Shown here: positions 26,201 through 40,100 of the stretch, one piece after another
Layout of the letters: every line of letters starts with the position of its first letter
How positions within the stretch are numbered: position 1 is the stretch's first letter
Assembly: GCA_965113315.1 (NCBI GenBank)
Contig: OZ220363.1
Reading direction: 5' to 3' (one strand)
Length of the DNA stretch: 64,000 nt
DNA from: Podarcis vaucheri
Taxonomy: Eukaryota
The notes under the pieces: generated by a model
What the model saw: the letters and a program-made list of their open reading frames with translations, nothing else
Told to the model about the DNA's origin: nothing
Databases searched by the model: none
Position numbers and translations under genes: made by a program

Positions 26201-29200
26201 ATCATATGCGCTTGTTTTCCTGTTTCTTTGTGACTTTGGATGACACTGCTCATGCACATAAACTTCCAACAAAATCCACATTGTATTGCATCTGTAGCAG
26301 TGAAGCCTCTGACACCAGTTGATTGTGCTGGAAATGAATTGTTCATGAATGCTCCAACTGCTCAGGAAACAAAGCTGCTAGAATGTCTGGAATAACTTTT
26401 ATGAGGGAAGGGACAACTGTCAATTGACTGGAATTAAATCCTCACCCAGCTCTCTATGGATCATAGTAGGTTTGTGGGGCAGTCTGGAGAATGGGAAGAA
26501 TCACAAGGAGATAAGGAAGCAAAGGGAGGGAGGGAAAAACCGGAAGCAAGTTAGTTGAAGGAAGAGAGCACTAGGCCAAGAAACAGTAACCAGAGGAAAG
26601 GATAGATATGGGGAAGGAGACTTGAAGAAAGGAGCATTGGAAACAAAGAAGTGGGAAGAGAAGGAAAATGTGCAAGGAAGGAAAGGTGGAGGGCTTGAGG
26701 TTGTGGGGCAGTGGGCCTGCAATATTATGAAATCTAGACTGTGAAAGGACTTACTGTAACCTAGAGGGGAAATGAGGGCCACACAAGGGGACTGAAGTTC
26801 ACATTCTGATTGGGACAGGTCAGTTGGTTTATTGTTAGGAGTAGTAATTGAGACTAGGAGATAAAACTGAGCAGTTCTACACATTTTGTATAAGACTGAA
26901 CATATTTGCTGTTTCACTGTGGGCGGAAGGAGTGCTTCTATAAATCAGTGTGTAATCTCCCTTTTGAGCATATAGTTGGCCTTGTTTTCCATACTTACTG
27001 TCTCTCCTCCATCTATGTTGATGGCGATGCCTTTCAGGCAGGTCTCGGTGTCTGTCAGGCCACATTTTCGAATGTCTCCCAGAACAGTGAAGGCCTTACT
27101 GTCACAGAGCTGGAAGTGAAGAACACAGAGTGTAGGCAGCATGCAATGCTTGGTTTTTTATATAACCATTACCGCATGGCTTTTGAGCTAGCTGGGTTGT
27201 TTATTTAAAATAATGACAGCCTGCTTTTCGTTGTCAATATGGGGCAACTTCCCACAATTAAAACAATATAATGTCGTTTTTACAACACGTTGCTAACATG
27301 TTTTAAAAAACAAAGTATGATATGAATAAGACTAAAACGTGATAATTTAGCAAGTCAAATATCATGCCAAGTTCCTATGGAAGATTAAGAGCTTGCCTAA
27401 ACAAGCATACTTTACCTTGTATTTGAAAGGCAAGGAAGATCATAGAATTAACATTTCTCTTAGAAGGGTGTTTCACAGAATAGGAGCCAGTGCTGTAAAA
27501 GGTCTATCCCTTGCTCCCATTGATATTTCATTGCAAGGAGCTAGCACATGAATAAGGCATCCTCTCCATTATCTTAATGGGCAAGAGGGCTCATGAGGTA
27601 AAAGAGCTCCCAGTGTTTTGCTGGACCAACACCTCCAGATGCTGCTGAACTACAACTCCCATCATCTCTGACTGTCCTGGGGCCACAGGGTCCCCATCCC
27701 TGGCTTAGGGAAGTAATACAGGAAGTAATCTGAGGAGAGGTGCTGATTTGAAGTGAAAGCTTCTGGACTGGATGTAAACTAAATTAGTCATACTTTAGCC
27801 CCATTGAAATTAAGTAGTGGCTAAGCTCAAGTCCCATTAATTTAATGGGAACTAAGTCCAACTAGATGGGACGCGGGTGGCGAAGTGGGTAAAACCTCAG
27901 TGCCTAGGACTTGCCGATCGCATGGTCGGCGGTTCGAATCCCCGCGGCGGGGTGAGCTCCCATCGTTTGGTCCCAGCTCCTGCCCACCTAGCAGTTTGAA
28001 AGCACCCCCAAGTGCAAGTAGATACGGTAAATAGGTACCGCTTTATAGCGGGAAGGTAACGGTGTTTCCGTGTGCTGCGCTGGTGCTGGCTCGCCAGAGC
28101 AGCTTCATCACGCTGGCCACGTGACCTGGAAGTGTCTTCGGACAGTGCTGGCTCCCGGCCTCTTAAGCGAGATGAGCACGCAACCCCAGAGTCGGACACG
28201 ACTGGCCCGTAGGGGCAGGGGTACCTTTACCTTTACCTTTTTTAAGTCCAACTAGCGAACCTAGCAGTTCGTAAGCACGTCAAAGTGCAAGTAGATAACT
28301 AGGTACCGCTCCGGCGGGAAGGTAAACAGCGTTTCTGTGCGCTGCTCTGGTTCGCCAGAAGCGGCTTAGTCATGCTGGCCACATGACCCGGAAGCTGTAC
28401 GCTGGCTCCCTCAGCCAATAAAGTGAGATGAGTGTCACATCCCCAGAGTCGGTCATGACTGGACCTAATGGTCAGGGGTCCCTTTACCTTTAAGTCCAAC
28501 TAGCTTAGTCTCAATCGGCGTTTTGTGAGATGAGCCTTGTCAATGAGGCTGTGTCCTTCAGATGTAGCATACACATAAAATCTATAGGGACTCAGACCCA
28601 AGATTTTCCAGGCCCCATTCCATCTCCCCAGCCACTAAAAAACACTCTATGTGCTTGGTTTCACAGTCTGAGAAATACACTGCAATACTTAAACAGCAGT
28701 GAATTAAACTAGCCTTCCACAACCTAGAACCCTCCAGATGTTTTTGGATTCCAACTCTCATCATCCCAGACCAGGGCCATGCTGGCTGGTGCTGAAGGGG
28801 GTTGTTGACCAAAATATCCAGGTTGAGGAAGGCTGAATTGAACAGTTGCATATGAAATCCCCAAAGCATGGCAACTGCAGTTCTTTCCTATGGGACTTCT
28901 GCAAAAGCCTGCTGACATCAGCATACTTATTTTATGTTGGACTCTTTGCTGGGGTTTCCTGTGTACAGAAAATTACTGTTGATGTCATTAGCTTGATTAA
29001 ATCAAACCTTTTTCCTGTGACATTCTAACCAAGCCATTTTGATCTCTGCATGTGGGGGTTTCTCCATTGCAAACCTCCCCAAAAGTTAAATATTGCCTTT
29101 TGGTTACCTTAGTTAAGACATAGCTACAGTCCCCAAAGACCGAATAACGTTTCTCATCAAATGTGGAGATGTGGGAGCCTCCTTCAACAGAGCACATTCC

Positions 29201-31076
29201 GGGGCAGTCAAGGCTGACACAGGCCCACTGGCCTCCAGTACATGTACTGAAGAGAAGAGAGTGGGGTGCATCAGGTGACAGTGTACACAAGGAAAACAAA
29301 ACAAGCAAAAAAGAAAAGTACAATAATTAAAGCTAGGCTATTTTAATACACTTATTTCCCTTTCTTTAAGTGCTGCTGTAGGTTGTGGTCTTTTATTAAT
29401 GAACAACTTTTCTGTAGGTAATCCAATGTTCCTTGATGAGCTATAGCAATGTTAATAACTGTTTTTGAAAGACGTTGAAACAATAAACAATAAATCATAA
29501 CCCGTGTATTCCTGAAGGCTTCATATTTCAAAACACACTGCCGAAATGGGGCCCTTTAGTTAATTTTGGAATAGAAATGGATTGATGTCGCATATTTGAA
29601 CAAAAGTCTCTTTAAACCTTCATCTCCTTCATATACAATATGAATGCATTCAATGGGTTGTTGTTTTTTTATTTAAAAAATGGGGTTTCTGCTCCACCTC
29701 CTCCTTCACAATGGCATTAACCTGCTCCTTAAAAAAGTCCTCAAATATCTCCTCTTCTTTGTGAATTTTGATGTCAAATATACCTGGAGGGATATCCTAG
29801 AAACAGCAGGATATCCTTTGAATATGGATACCTGTACTTGACATTCAGCCATATTAATTCACTCATATTAATCTGATGCCTGTCAGTTGGTGTTTTTTCA
29901 GTATTTTGTAGCTTATTTTGTTTCATATCATTTATAGTCTACCTTTCTTCTGTCACAGAACCCAAGGGAGCATCCATGTGGCTCCATGCTGCAGTGTTTT
30001 AGCATTTGACGGAATTGACACTAAAGTAGTAAACATCAATACTGAGATTCTTTTTTTAATACCACAACATTCTACGCTTGAGTCATTATTCCCGTCACAT
30101 TTATTTTTTAGGCAATAGGAATGAGCAGATGTGGGTGTCTTACCATGCAGTGCACTGGGATGCAAAAGAAGCTCCAGGAGAATAAGTGTCTCCATTGTAA
30201 GTACAGTGACAGTCCTTCACAGCGATGCAACCAGAGCTGCTTATGTCATCGAACACAGTGCCTAAAAGAATAAGGAGGTAGGTTAGGTATCAGTTTCATT
30301 GTTTTTAAGATCTGTGAGGCACATTACACCATTCCACTGACTTTGGTATTGTCATGCCAGACTCCTGATGGGAACCTACCATGTTACCATTTTCCAGTAG
30401 CTCGAGAAATTGGCATTGTGGGAGCTGCATTATGTGGGATGTAATCCACTGGGAGCAGTCAGGTACAACATTCCTTGTTTTGCTAGACATGCAAGGGAAT
30501 GTTTGGTTCAGCCAGTCAAAACTTCCTGTCTTCCTGGCCTGGAGCATCCTTCCTTGCATGTGACTAGTAGGTGGGCATGACCTTTCCAGACCTGGTAAAA
30601 GGCAAGTCACGCTGCTACCTTCCCCTTTTCGACCTTCCCGTTTGTCCTGTCTGGACTGTACTGCTGGCTGCCACAGCAGTTCCCCATGTTATCTCCCATA
30701 TGAGGTAAACCTCTTTGTACATGTGTGTAACTTTAAGCCTAAAGCCTGCCTTCAGGGATCACACTGTGCTCTGCCTGATCGTGAGTAAAACTACTTTTTG
30801 TTACTTATGAATAAGACTGTGGTGTCTTTATTCTTTTAGGAGGGATTCAAAAGGGGTCTTATCAGGAATATTAGAACATATCTCAATCTGGGCAACCCAG
30901 ATTGAATTGTTTATTGTCTTAAGAAACTCACATGAGTTTGCAACCAGTTTTCTGCTCTGTAAGAAGGGGAATGCACTCTAGCAGAGTGAAGAAACTTGCT
31001 AGTGCAAGTTGGGAAGGATATTAATAATCAATATATTCTTCCCTGCCACCCTCAACATTCCCACACATTAAACACC

Positions 31077-31158
<82 letters not shown>

Positions 31159-34100
31159 CTTGACCAAGTTTGCTTTGTTTTAAGAGCATACAAGCTACCA
31201 TGCTGGATCAGTTCATTGAGCCATCCAACTGAACACCCTGCCCTCATAAAACTTGCCAGTCATTCACTCTCAGCAAAGTTCACAGGAATTTCTTTTTCCC
31301 TCTTTCTGCTAATACTAGAACTCAGCATCACCCACTGAAACTGAAAGTTACTCAGAATAGCACCAGCACTTCAGCATGAAATAAATAAATACGTGCATTT
31401 TTTAAAAAAATGAAAAAGAACAATCTTTTTGATTGTATGTATTTCTAGTTTGCCTTTCTGCAAGAGTGTATGACCTTTCCAGCAAGAAGTATTATAAAAT
31501 AATTGAAAACATTTTAAAAATAAAATTAAAATACGCAAAGAAGTGTGCATATATTAAATTTTTAATTTGCCTATCCACAAAAGCACTCTATAAAGATATA
31601 TAGAAAAAACGAGATGCAAAATAAATCCAAAAGTGGGGGGGGGGGGTTTAAGAACCGCCCTTAATTTTCATAGCAGAGGATAGCAATCATGACTATCTCA
31701 TTTAAAACTGTAACTCAGGAAGCTGTTTTCTATGGAAAGCTATTAATATCCAGAGCCCCTGCTGTCAGCCTAATGTTGTTTGTTGACTTACCTGGTGGAC
31801 AAAAGCAGCCATCTGTACAATGATCTTCACAGAGCTGGGACCTTTCGGGATTGGTACAAGTATTAGAACAGGGGGAGCCACATTCCTGGTGCTCCATATT
31901 GAAAGGGCATGTCTTGGCTGAAAGGAGACATGAATTAAGAAACATTAGATGACCCGCTATGTAATTTTTGTGTTGGTTGTTTTCTTGAGGTGAAATTGCT
32001 TTAAACAAATGGTGTTTTATGTTCTGGTGAGGTTTTTCTTTTAAGCAGGAGTATGGAAAACAAGCCCAGTGAGGGGAAAATTAAGAAACTGGGTATATGT
32101 ATACTAGGCAGAGACAAGAAAGCACACTTCTAATACATGAAGAACTGTTGCACCAAACAGGGAAAAATTGTGTCTTCTGCTGCCCCAGAGGACAGGACTA
32201 AATCGAATGGGCTTCAGCTACAGGGGGTAGACTTCAGTGGAACAGGAGGAGAATCTTTTTTGATGGAAAGTTCTATTCAAGAATGGAATCCATTGCATGG
32301 GGTTGGAGAGTTCCCTCTATCACTAGAGGTTTTTAAGCAGAGGCTGGGCAACCACCTGTTGGGCTTACTGGATTTCTGTATTAAGCAAAGGATTAGGCTA
32401 GACGGCCTACAACAGTGCCCCCCACATTATGATTGAGTCTGACCCAGAGAGGCGGAAGTGCCTTTCAGAGATACTTACCACACAGATCTTCTGTCCTCCA
32501 TTCCATTGGCAGTCCACCAGCATGGGCGCATTGCCGGGAATATTCAGCAAAGGTGTTGCAAATGCAGTAATCAGTGGCAGACTTATCACAGCTGCACAAG
32601 TCTTGTATGCAAGCATCAATGTAATCTTGTACTTCAACCAGTGCATTGCAGCCCATGAATGCTTCACCAGTCAATACTGTTTGGCAGACAGTGCTCTGGA
32701 AGTAGGAAATAGACAGTGTGTGTAATCAATGGGCTTCATAAAGCGCCAGTTAGCTATTGAACTACTACTGATTTTAACCAATGATATTTGTAAGTTAGCA
32801 TTTATTTCCAAAAGTTCATTGTCTCAGTGTCTTTTGCATTCCCTGAAGACAAAGCAAAGGGAAAGAAAATATCAGATCTCCCTTAAAAAGAAGGTACAAC
32901 AAAAAGAATCCTTACAAACTCCTGACTGCAATTGCTTGCAGCTGAAGGGGCAGGATCTTGACATTCTTCGGTGGGTCCATCCATCTTCTGCATGTTTCCA
33001 AACTGCACAGGATTCAGTTTGATGTCTGCAATAAGTATGAATAGCATTATTTTCAAAATGGTCATCCTAAAATTGTAGTTAGAGCAGGAGTAGATAGGGT
33101 ACAGCTAACCCTACTGGTCCAGGGTGGCACAGGCCACATCCTTATTTTCTTTATGCCAGATAAGTTTGGCAGATGGATGTAGAAGCAAGAGCTTGAGCCC
33201 ATGAGGTGACAGCCAGGTCAACTACTGGAAAGATATATTTTAAAAGTCCCCACCCCTACCCATTTACCTCAAGAAATCCCAGATTCTTGTCCCATACCTA
33301 TGCATTAACAAATTCCAAGTTGTGATTAATCTAACAGCTATAGTTCCTACTAAGGTCAATGAGGTTAAAGTAAAAACACCCACATCTGTCTGCATCATCT
33401 TGTTGGCAATCCCAACCAAGATGCCTTCCTGGCCACATCAAACCAGAAGTTGCTCAAGATCCATGGTGAATTCCCTGCTGGATGGGCTGTTATCCTTTAG
33501 GACAGATGGGTTGGTGCATAAGACCAAAAACAGAATGTAGGTCTGCCCTCTTTCAAACTTCCATGAAGGAATCCTACCCACGTCTGCCTTGAAAGATCCT
33601 GCATCCCAGACTAGCACTATGTAGTGGCATAGGTCAGGGAGACAAGATATAGCCAGGCCAGAAACTTGGACGAAGATGTTCTCTGCTACATCATTACTCT
33701 CCTTGCTTGACACAAACTCAGGAAAGGGCCATAGCTCAGCGGTAGAGCAAGTGTTCTACATAGAGAAGGCCCCATGTTCAATTCCCGGTGTCTCCTGGTA
33801 GGACTAGAGGAGACCCATGTCTGAAACCTTAGAGAGCTGACACCAGCCAGCATAGACAGAGCTCAGCTAGATGGACCAGTGGTATAAGGCAGCTTCCTAT
33901 GTTCGTATATTCGAAGTTGGGAGCCCCGTTCCCACATTGGGGGGAAAAAATACTCATGTTTTAAAGATGTAATAGACCATTTACAGAATTAGCTACAAAA
34001 AGACAGGGAAAACAAAGACTGCAATTTTTGCAAGAGATCACTTCAACAGACGAGCCTTGGTCCTTTTAAAATGCCACACAGCCTTTCACAAGTGTTTGCC

Positions 34101-37100
34101 AATATAAGCATTGCCGTCTTACAAATGAACTTTCAGAAGCAATAATAACAGAACTGCCTGTGTGTGTTGTTGTGTGTGTGTGGGGGGGGGGGTTGTATAC
34201 TTACTGTTAGAAACAAATTCATTGAAAGTTGAGATTCCATTGAAGTCTCCACAAAGTCCACAAGTCTGATTAGCATATTTCTCATTCAGTTCAAGCTAAA
34301 ACAAATGGGGGAAGCAAGAGATAAGTATAGTGAAATCACAGAGTGTTGAATATGATGAATAAAAATGAGAGCTGATGGCTGGTTTTGCATGAGTGGTGAA
34401 CAACTGATGTATAGATGAACCCAATATTTACAAGCTGATTGAGCTTGTAAATATTTACTACCTGACTGAGCTAATTTTGAATGGCTCATTTTGATTACTC
34501 TCTATTCTTAGAACAGTTTCCCCTTCTTCCGTGAACCCTTCCCCACACCATCTTCCATGTTGGTCTGACAGGCTCCCCAACCCCCTGGAACAGATTTGAG
34601 TGGGGGCATGTGGGGCTGAAGAGAGAAGAGGGAAATGAAGGGGGGGAAGGAAGCACACTCCTCACTTCTGCCTGTAGGAGTGTCTGGTTAGTGCAATTCT
34701 GCCCCTTCAAGTTTTGATCCAAGCCACTGAATTAAGATATTAACATGATGAAACATAATGACCAGACCACCAAAGAAATGATCCAAGAGCTCAAGAGAGC
34801 AAAGGGATATACTGAATAATCATTCTGGTTCACAATATCAGGCATGACTTATGAAGTCACTCATGAGTAAACTGAAACAAAAACAAACCAACCCCTTTAA
34901 AAAAAAATCTCAAGAGTTATAGCTATCTTTACATTTCACTTTTAAAATAGTATGAATTTAAGTGCGGGCTTGTGCTTGTGCTTTTATCTTCTAAACTGTG
35001 CGGCTCAAGACCTTTCTCTAAAAGATATGCACTCAGGAATGCTGATTACATGAGAAAAGCGATTAATTTTTAGCAACAGTTTTCATCTTGTTTCCCCCCT
35101 CTTTACTAAGAAGGTAATCTTGCATTAGGTAATCTTCAATGCCGAATACAGGCAAATTTGTTTTTTCCTAATTTCAAAACGAAATGGAGGGCATCACATC
35201 TAAACTGCAAATACTTTTAATCACCACTTACTTGCTAACAAACACATGATAAATAGTGTCATGGTTGTTCGTTACAAAACAGCATATTGAGCATTCATAT
35301 TCTCACCAGAAGGCCATCCTCTTGGTTCCACATGATCACCAAGCCTAGCTTGGAAACAATTTTCAGGTAACCTGAGACTGTCTCCATCAAGATTCCCAAG
35401 TGGCTGTAGGGCAGCTGGACGCTGGAGATAAAGCAAATTGCAACTGAAGGTGGCAAATAGAAAACCTCTCATTGACAAAAACCTAATTCATCTTTTTAAG
35501 AACATTCATGCCATCCCTTCAATATAAACAGACACATGGTTCAAGCATATGAAACTACCCCATTCTTATATGACTTGAAGACTGATGTGGCCCAGGTCTA
35601 ACCCTGACTATTCTCATGCAAATATACTTTTCTCTTAACACTTTCACTTATAAATCAGCCTTATTCCAGCACTTTGGGTGCCTGATGATAGGATCGTTGC
35701 TCTCTGAAAACACTGGAGCCTGTGAACTACAGCTACAACCAATAAAAGCTGTGGCATTTATAACCCACCTTGGACTATGCATAGCTGTTTGCTCCTGTAC
35801 CACACAGCCACTCTGTGTTGTTGGCTCCAATAGCATTAATAAGGTCGTTAGTAAAGTAACTGAACTTACTGTTCTGCATTGACAGTAATGGAGTGTGGCG
35901 TCAGTTCAATGGCTGCTCCATCAATTTTTATGATGATATGGCTGATAATGGCAGCATTCTCAACCACAGAGCGCCTTATTTGGATGTTGAAGTCTTCATA
36001 ATCAGATTTGCAGTGGGAGGAAAAGACGTAGTTGCAGGTGCCAGGGAAATGGTAGATGTCCCCATCAAAGGTCTTGAAATGGAAGTTGCCCCATGTGCTA
36101 CACACTCTCCCATTGTGAGCAGAGTTTCCGGCTGTGGATTCAAAATAATCTGTAAGGTTCTACCCAAATCCTTCGCTCACCCACCCACCCACCCACCCAC
36201 CTATCCATTCATCCAAGAATCATCCTCAGTTTATCTTCAAAATCTACATTTCTATAAAATATGACCACATGATATTCTTTTATTTGCTCTTGATCTGTTG
36301 TTTGATCTTGAAGGGAAGCCCATGGGTTGTTTCCCTTTCCTTTGTTTCTCCCTAGTCCATTTCTAACCGATATGATACTAAGGTTCAGTTTTGCAATCTT
36401 CCTTTCTGGAATACAGCTGCTAAAGAACCTTTGAAGTAAATGGAATGGAACTTGAATCAGTGGGAGGAATCCAACTTCTTGCTAATGGAATAGTTCCGTC
36501 AAGGAAAGCATTTCAGCTTGCCATATGAAATAACCCCCCTCTCTTCCACCCCACCTCCCCAACCCCAATTTGGGCACTCTCCCAACTCGCCAGAGCCAAT
36601 GGCGGTGGGGGAGGACACAGGGGAGATGGGGAAGAGGAGCGGGGGAAGAGCCCCATTGCACAAGTGGAAGTCCTTGCATAGGGCTGCCACTGATAGGACT
36701 CATTTGTTGAAGTTCACCCAGTGAGTGGAAGATTATTGTCTAAAACACAAGAATGTGGTTTGTGGTTCACTTACCTTTCACAGCCAGAGTTGTTCTCATG
36801 GGAGGGATGATGGTCACAGGAGGACTACGAGATGGTTTGACAAAAGCTGATGGAAATAAATATGATTACAGCTTGTACCAGCATTTTCATAGTGAAATAA
36901 TAGAGAGATATCTCCAAATCCATTTGATGAATAAAGCTCTAATGCAACTTCCCCCCGCCTGGCGCTCTCTAGACCTTCTGAACTACAACTTCCACAATCT
37001 CTTACTGTTGGCCTTGATGGCTGGGGCAATGAGAGTTCAACTATGATTCTCAGCCCCCCCCTTTCTATTCTGGATAGTGTGGCTTTTAAATGCAAATTCT

Positions 37101-40100
37101 AGTGAGCTATTAAAGGATTCTAAGGTAGAGGCCGGGGGACGCGGGTGGCGCTGTGGGTAAAAGCCTCAACGCCTAGGGCTTGCCGATCGAAAGGTCGGCG
37201 GTTCGAATCCCCGCGGCGGGGTGCGCTCCCGCTGTTCGGTCCCAGCGCCTGCCCACCTAGCAGTTCGAAAGCACCCCCGGGTGCAAGTAGATAAATAGGT
37301 ACCGCTTACCAGCGGGAAGGTAAACGGCGTTCCGTGTGCGGCTCTGGCTCGCCAGAGCAGCGATGTCACGCTGGCCACGTGACCCGGAAGTGTCCCCGGA
37401 CAGCGCTGGCCCCCGGCCAATAAATGTGAGATGGGCGCACAAACCCCACAGTCTGTCAAGACTGGCCCGTTCGGGCAGGGGTACCTTTACCTTTTTAAGG
37501 TAGAGGCCAAGTGGCTGGTGATGAAATCCTGAGATTTGTCATACTGATAGCCCAATTCTGTGCATAGTTTACCTGAAAGTGATTCCCCAGTGAGTTTACT
37601 GAGATTTCTTCTCAAGTAAGTAGGCACAAAATTTCTGCTTAATTTTTTTTTCTTAACTAAGTGTTCAGATATGCACATGAGGAAAGTATTGGTGTGACAC
37701 TGCCTACCACTTTCTGCAGAAATAAAATGTCAAAAGTGTTCTGTCAGAATTGGCACCAAATACAACTTGTCAAAATAACCAAAATGGTGCCAACTTTACT
37801 CATGTAATGAGGCTTTTCTCATGTGGAGCATACGGTAACTTGAATATGATACCAGCCTCTTCCAGGTAAAACTAGTCACATTGTAAATTAATTGCTTTCC
37901 CTTTGCTTTGTGAAAGGGCATCGCATACACTGTGAGCAACGTGAGAGGGATTAAATCCTTTCACTGTGTTTGGCTCAAACAAAATGTGATTATGTTTTAT
38001 GGAATATCTTGTTTCTGAACTTGCATACAAAGAGATTTGCGCTGGATGTATCTAGGCATAACAAACAGCAGCATCCATAATAGCATGGTCTTGGTCTGGA
38101 TTACGTGTAACATGAAGCCATCATATGTTGAATCAGAGTTGTTTGTTTGAATATTCAAAGCTGTAGTCAAACAGATTAAGCACGGTTTCTTTTCTGGTCA
38201 CAAACTATGGCACACCATGGTTTGTTGTTGGCTTTTCAGCCATGGCTTATTTTAACAAAGGTTTGACATTTTGTCCAAACCCAGCAGCCTTGCTGCTTTA
38301 CCTGGGTTCATTTGGCCATCCTGCCTGAGACAATTGCCAAGTTACAGAGGCAGGAGGCTAGAAACAAAACATACTTTGGGAAAATAAACCGTGGCTTGCT
38401 TACTTGTCTATAAGATGATATCTTGTGGTTTGTTAACCTAGCCATGGTTTAAAGAAACCATGGTTTAGCTGTGTGTGGAATTATAGCCGTTCTGTGTTGC
38501 TACACTGAAGTAGCAGTTCATTAAACCTGGTGTGAGAGGAAAGGATATCAGCATTTGAGGGTTTCCCACAGGCATCTGGGTGGCCACTGTGAGAAGAGGA
38601 AGCTGGACTAGATGGGCCATTGACCTGATCTGTAGGTTCACCTTGTCTTAGCCTCTTTTATCATTTCTGAAATCTCATTATGGGCTAGCCATGATTCAGG
38701 AATTACTTCCAGATATTCCTACATCAGTGCTTGCCCCTTTGCAGTAAAAACATAGATTCTGTTCAACACAAGGGCTATTGCAACATACAAGAAGACAGGA
38801 GGAAATAGCGGGTTTCCTCCCTTCCCACTAGAATTTACCAACACTTGTAGTTTATGTGGGACTGAGGTACCAGTCATATGCAGTTTTTTATGTAAGAATT
38901 TCTACAGTTTGAAACATAAAGCTTTCTACAGTTCCCCCAGAAAGTCCCTCTTTTCTGTGTTGTTGTCTGTTTGTTTTTGGTTTTTGTTTTTTTTTTGCAA
39001 AAATATAAAAGATAATGAGATGCAGAAAAGTTATATAAAAAAATTACTTAGTGCAAGACTTAGCCTGCCTTTAAAAGCAATACAAAACTAACTCCGTGTA
39101 TCTTGGATGATTCAAAATGTGAATAGTCCTGATCTTTTATAGCTCCTACCATAAATAGAATACAGTATATGAAATGAATACCATAGTTTATTTTAAGAAC
39201 CACTTTGGTTATCATTTGCATAACTTGTGTCAAAAAAATTTACCTAAGAATTCTTTAATTCTGTTTAACTGGGCAATATCCAAAGTTAGTCATACTCAGA
39301 GATGACTCATCAAAATAAATTGATGTAAGTAATTAAGTCCATAAATTTCAGAGGGTCTACTCTGACTTCGTTGGCTATTCCCCATAGTTTGTAGATTGCA
39401 CAGAGTGTGAAACCCAATTAATGTTAGATTAAGGCAAAGCAAGAGATAATCACCTATTTCTCAGAACAGATAAATTTGTAAATTGCACAAAGTGATAAAA
39501 GCCAGTGTTCAACAGCACATTTAACTCTTCCATTGAATTTAAAGGCGCTTTGTATTGTTTTTAACACTCAATTGAAAGCCGCCCAGAGTGGCTGGGGAGA
39601 CTCAGCCAGATGGGCGGGGTATAAATAATAAATTATTATTGTTATTATATTACAGTGTTTGACTTTGGCTGGGTCATGGGCTGTGTTCCTTTCTGAATCT
39701 CTTTAACTTTGGCTTCTCCCTGTCAGTTCTGTTCAAGCTGTCATTCTTACTTTAGCTAAAAGGGAGCCAGTTTTTAAGCATATTATGTAAAATGGACAAT
39801 GTGCAATTTATTGTAGAAGCAAAGGTGATCTAGCCGGTGAGCCATGCAAACAGCTTTCTCTAATTATTCAAAAACACAATCTAACATTCTTAGGCATTTC
39901 CAAAATGATAAAATTACTATGCAGATATGCTGGACCTGTCCCAGTTGGGAGTGATGCAGTTTAGAACTTCTAAGCACAAAGGGATGTATTTAAATGTCCC
40001 ACTATCATGGGTGTACCACATGGGTGTACACCCATGCTCACACGTAATATATTTGTGTGCTGCGCAAACACCTATGCAATACAAACATAGTTCTAGATTA

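Noticed and set aside
33721-33800. tRNA gene (also at ~49420)
   Set aside because: The A and B boxes run straight into a SINE body and tail found in several copies; there is no intact cloverleaf.
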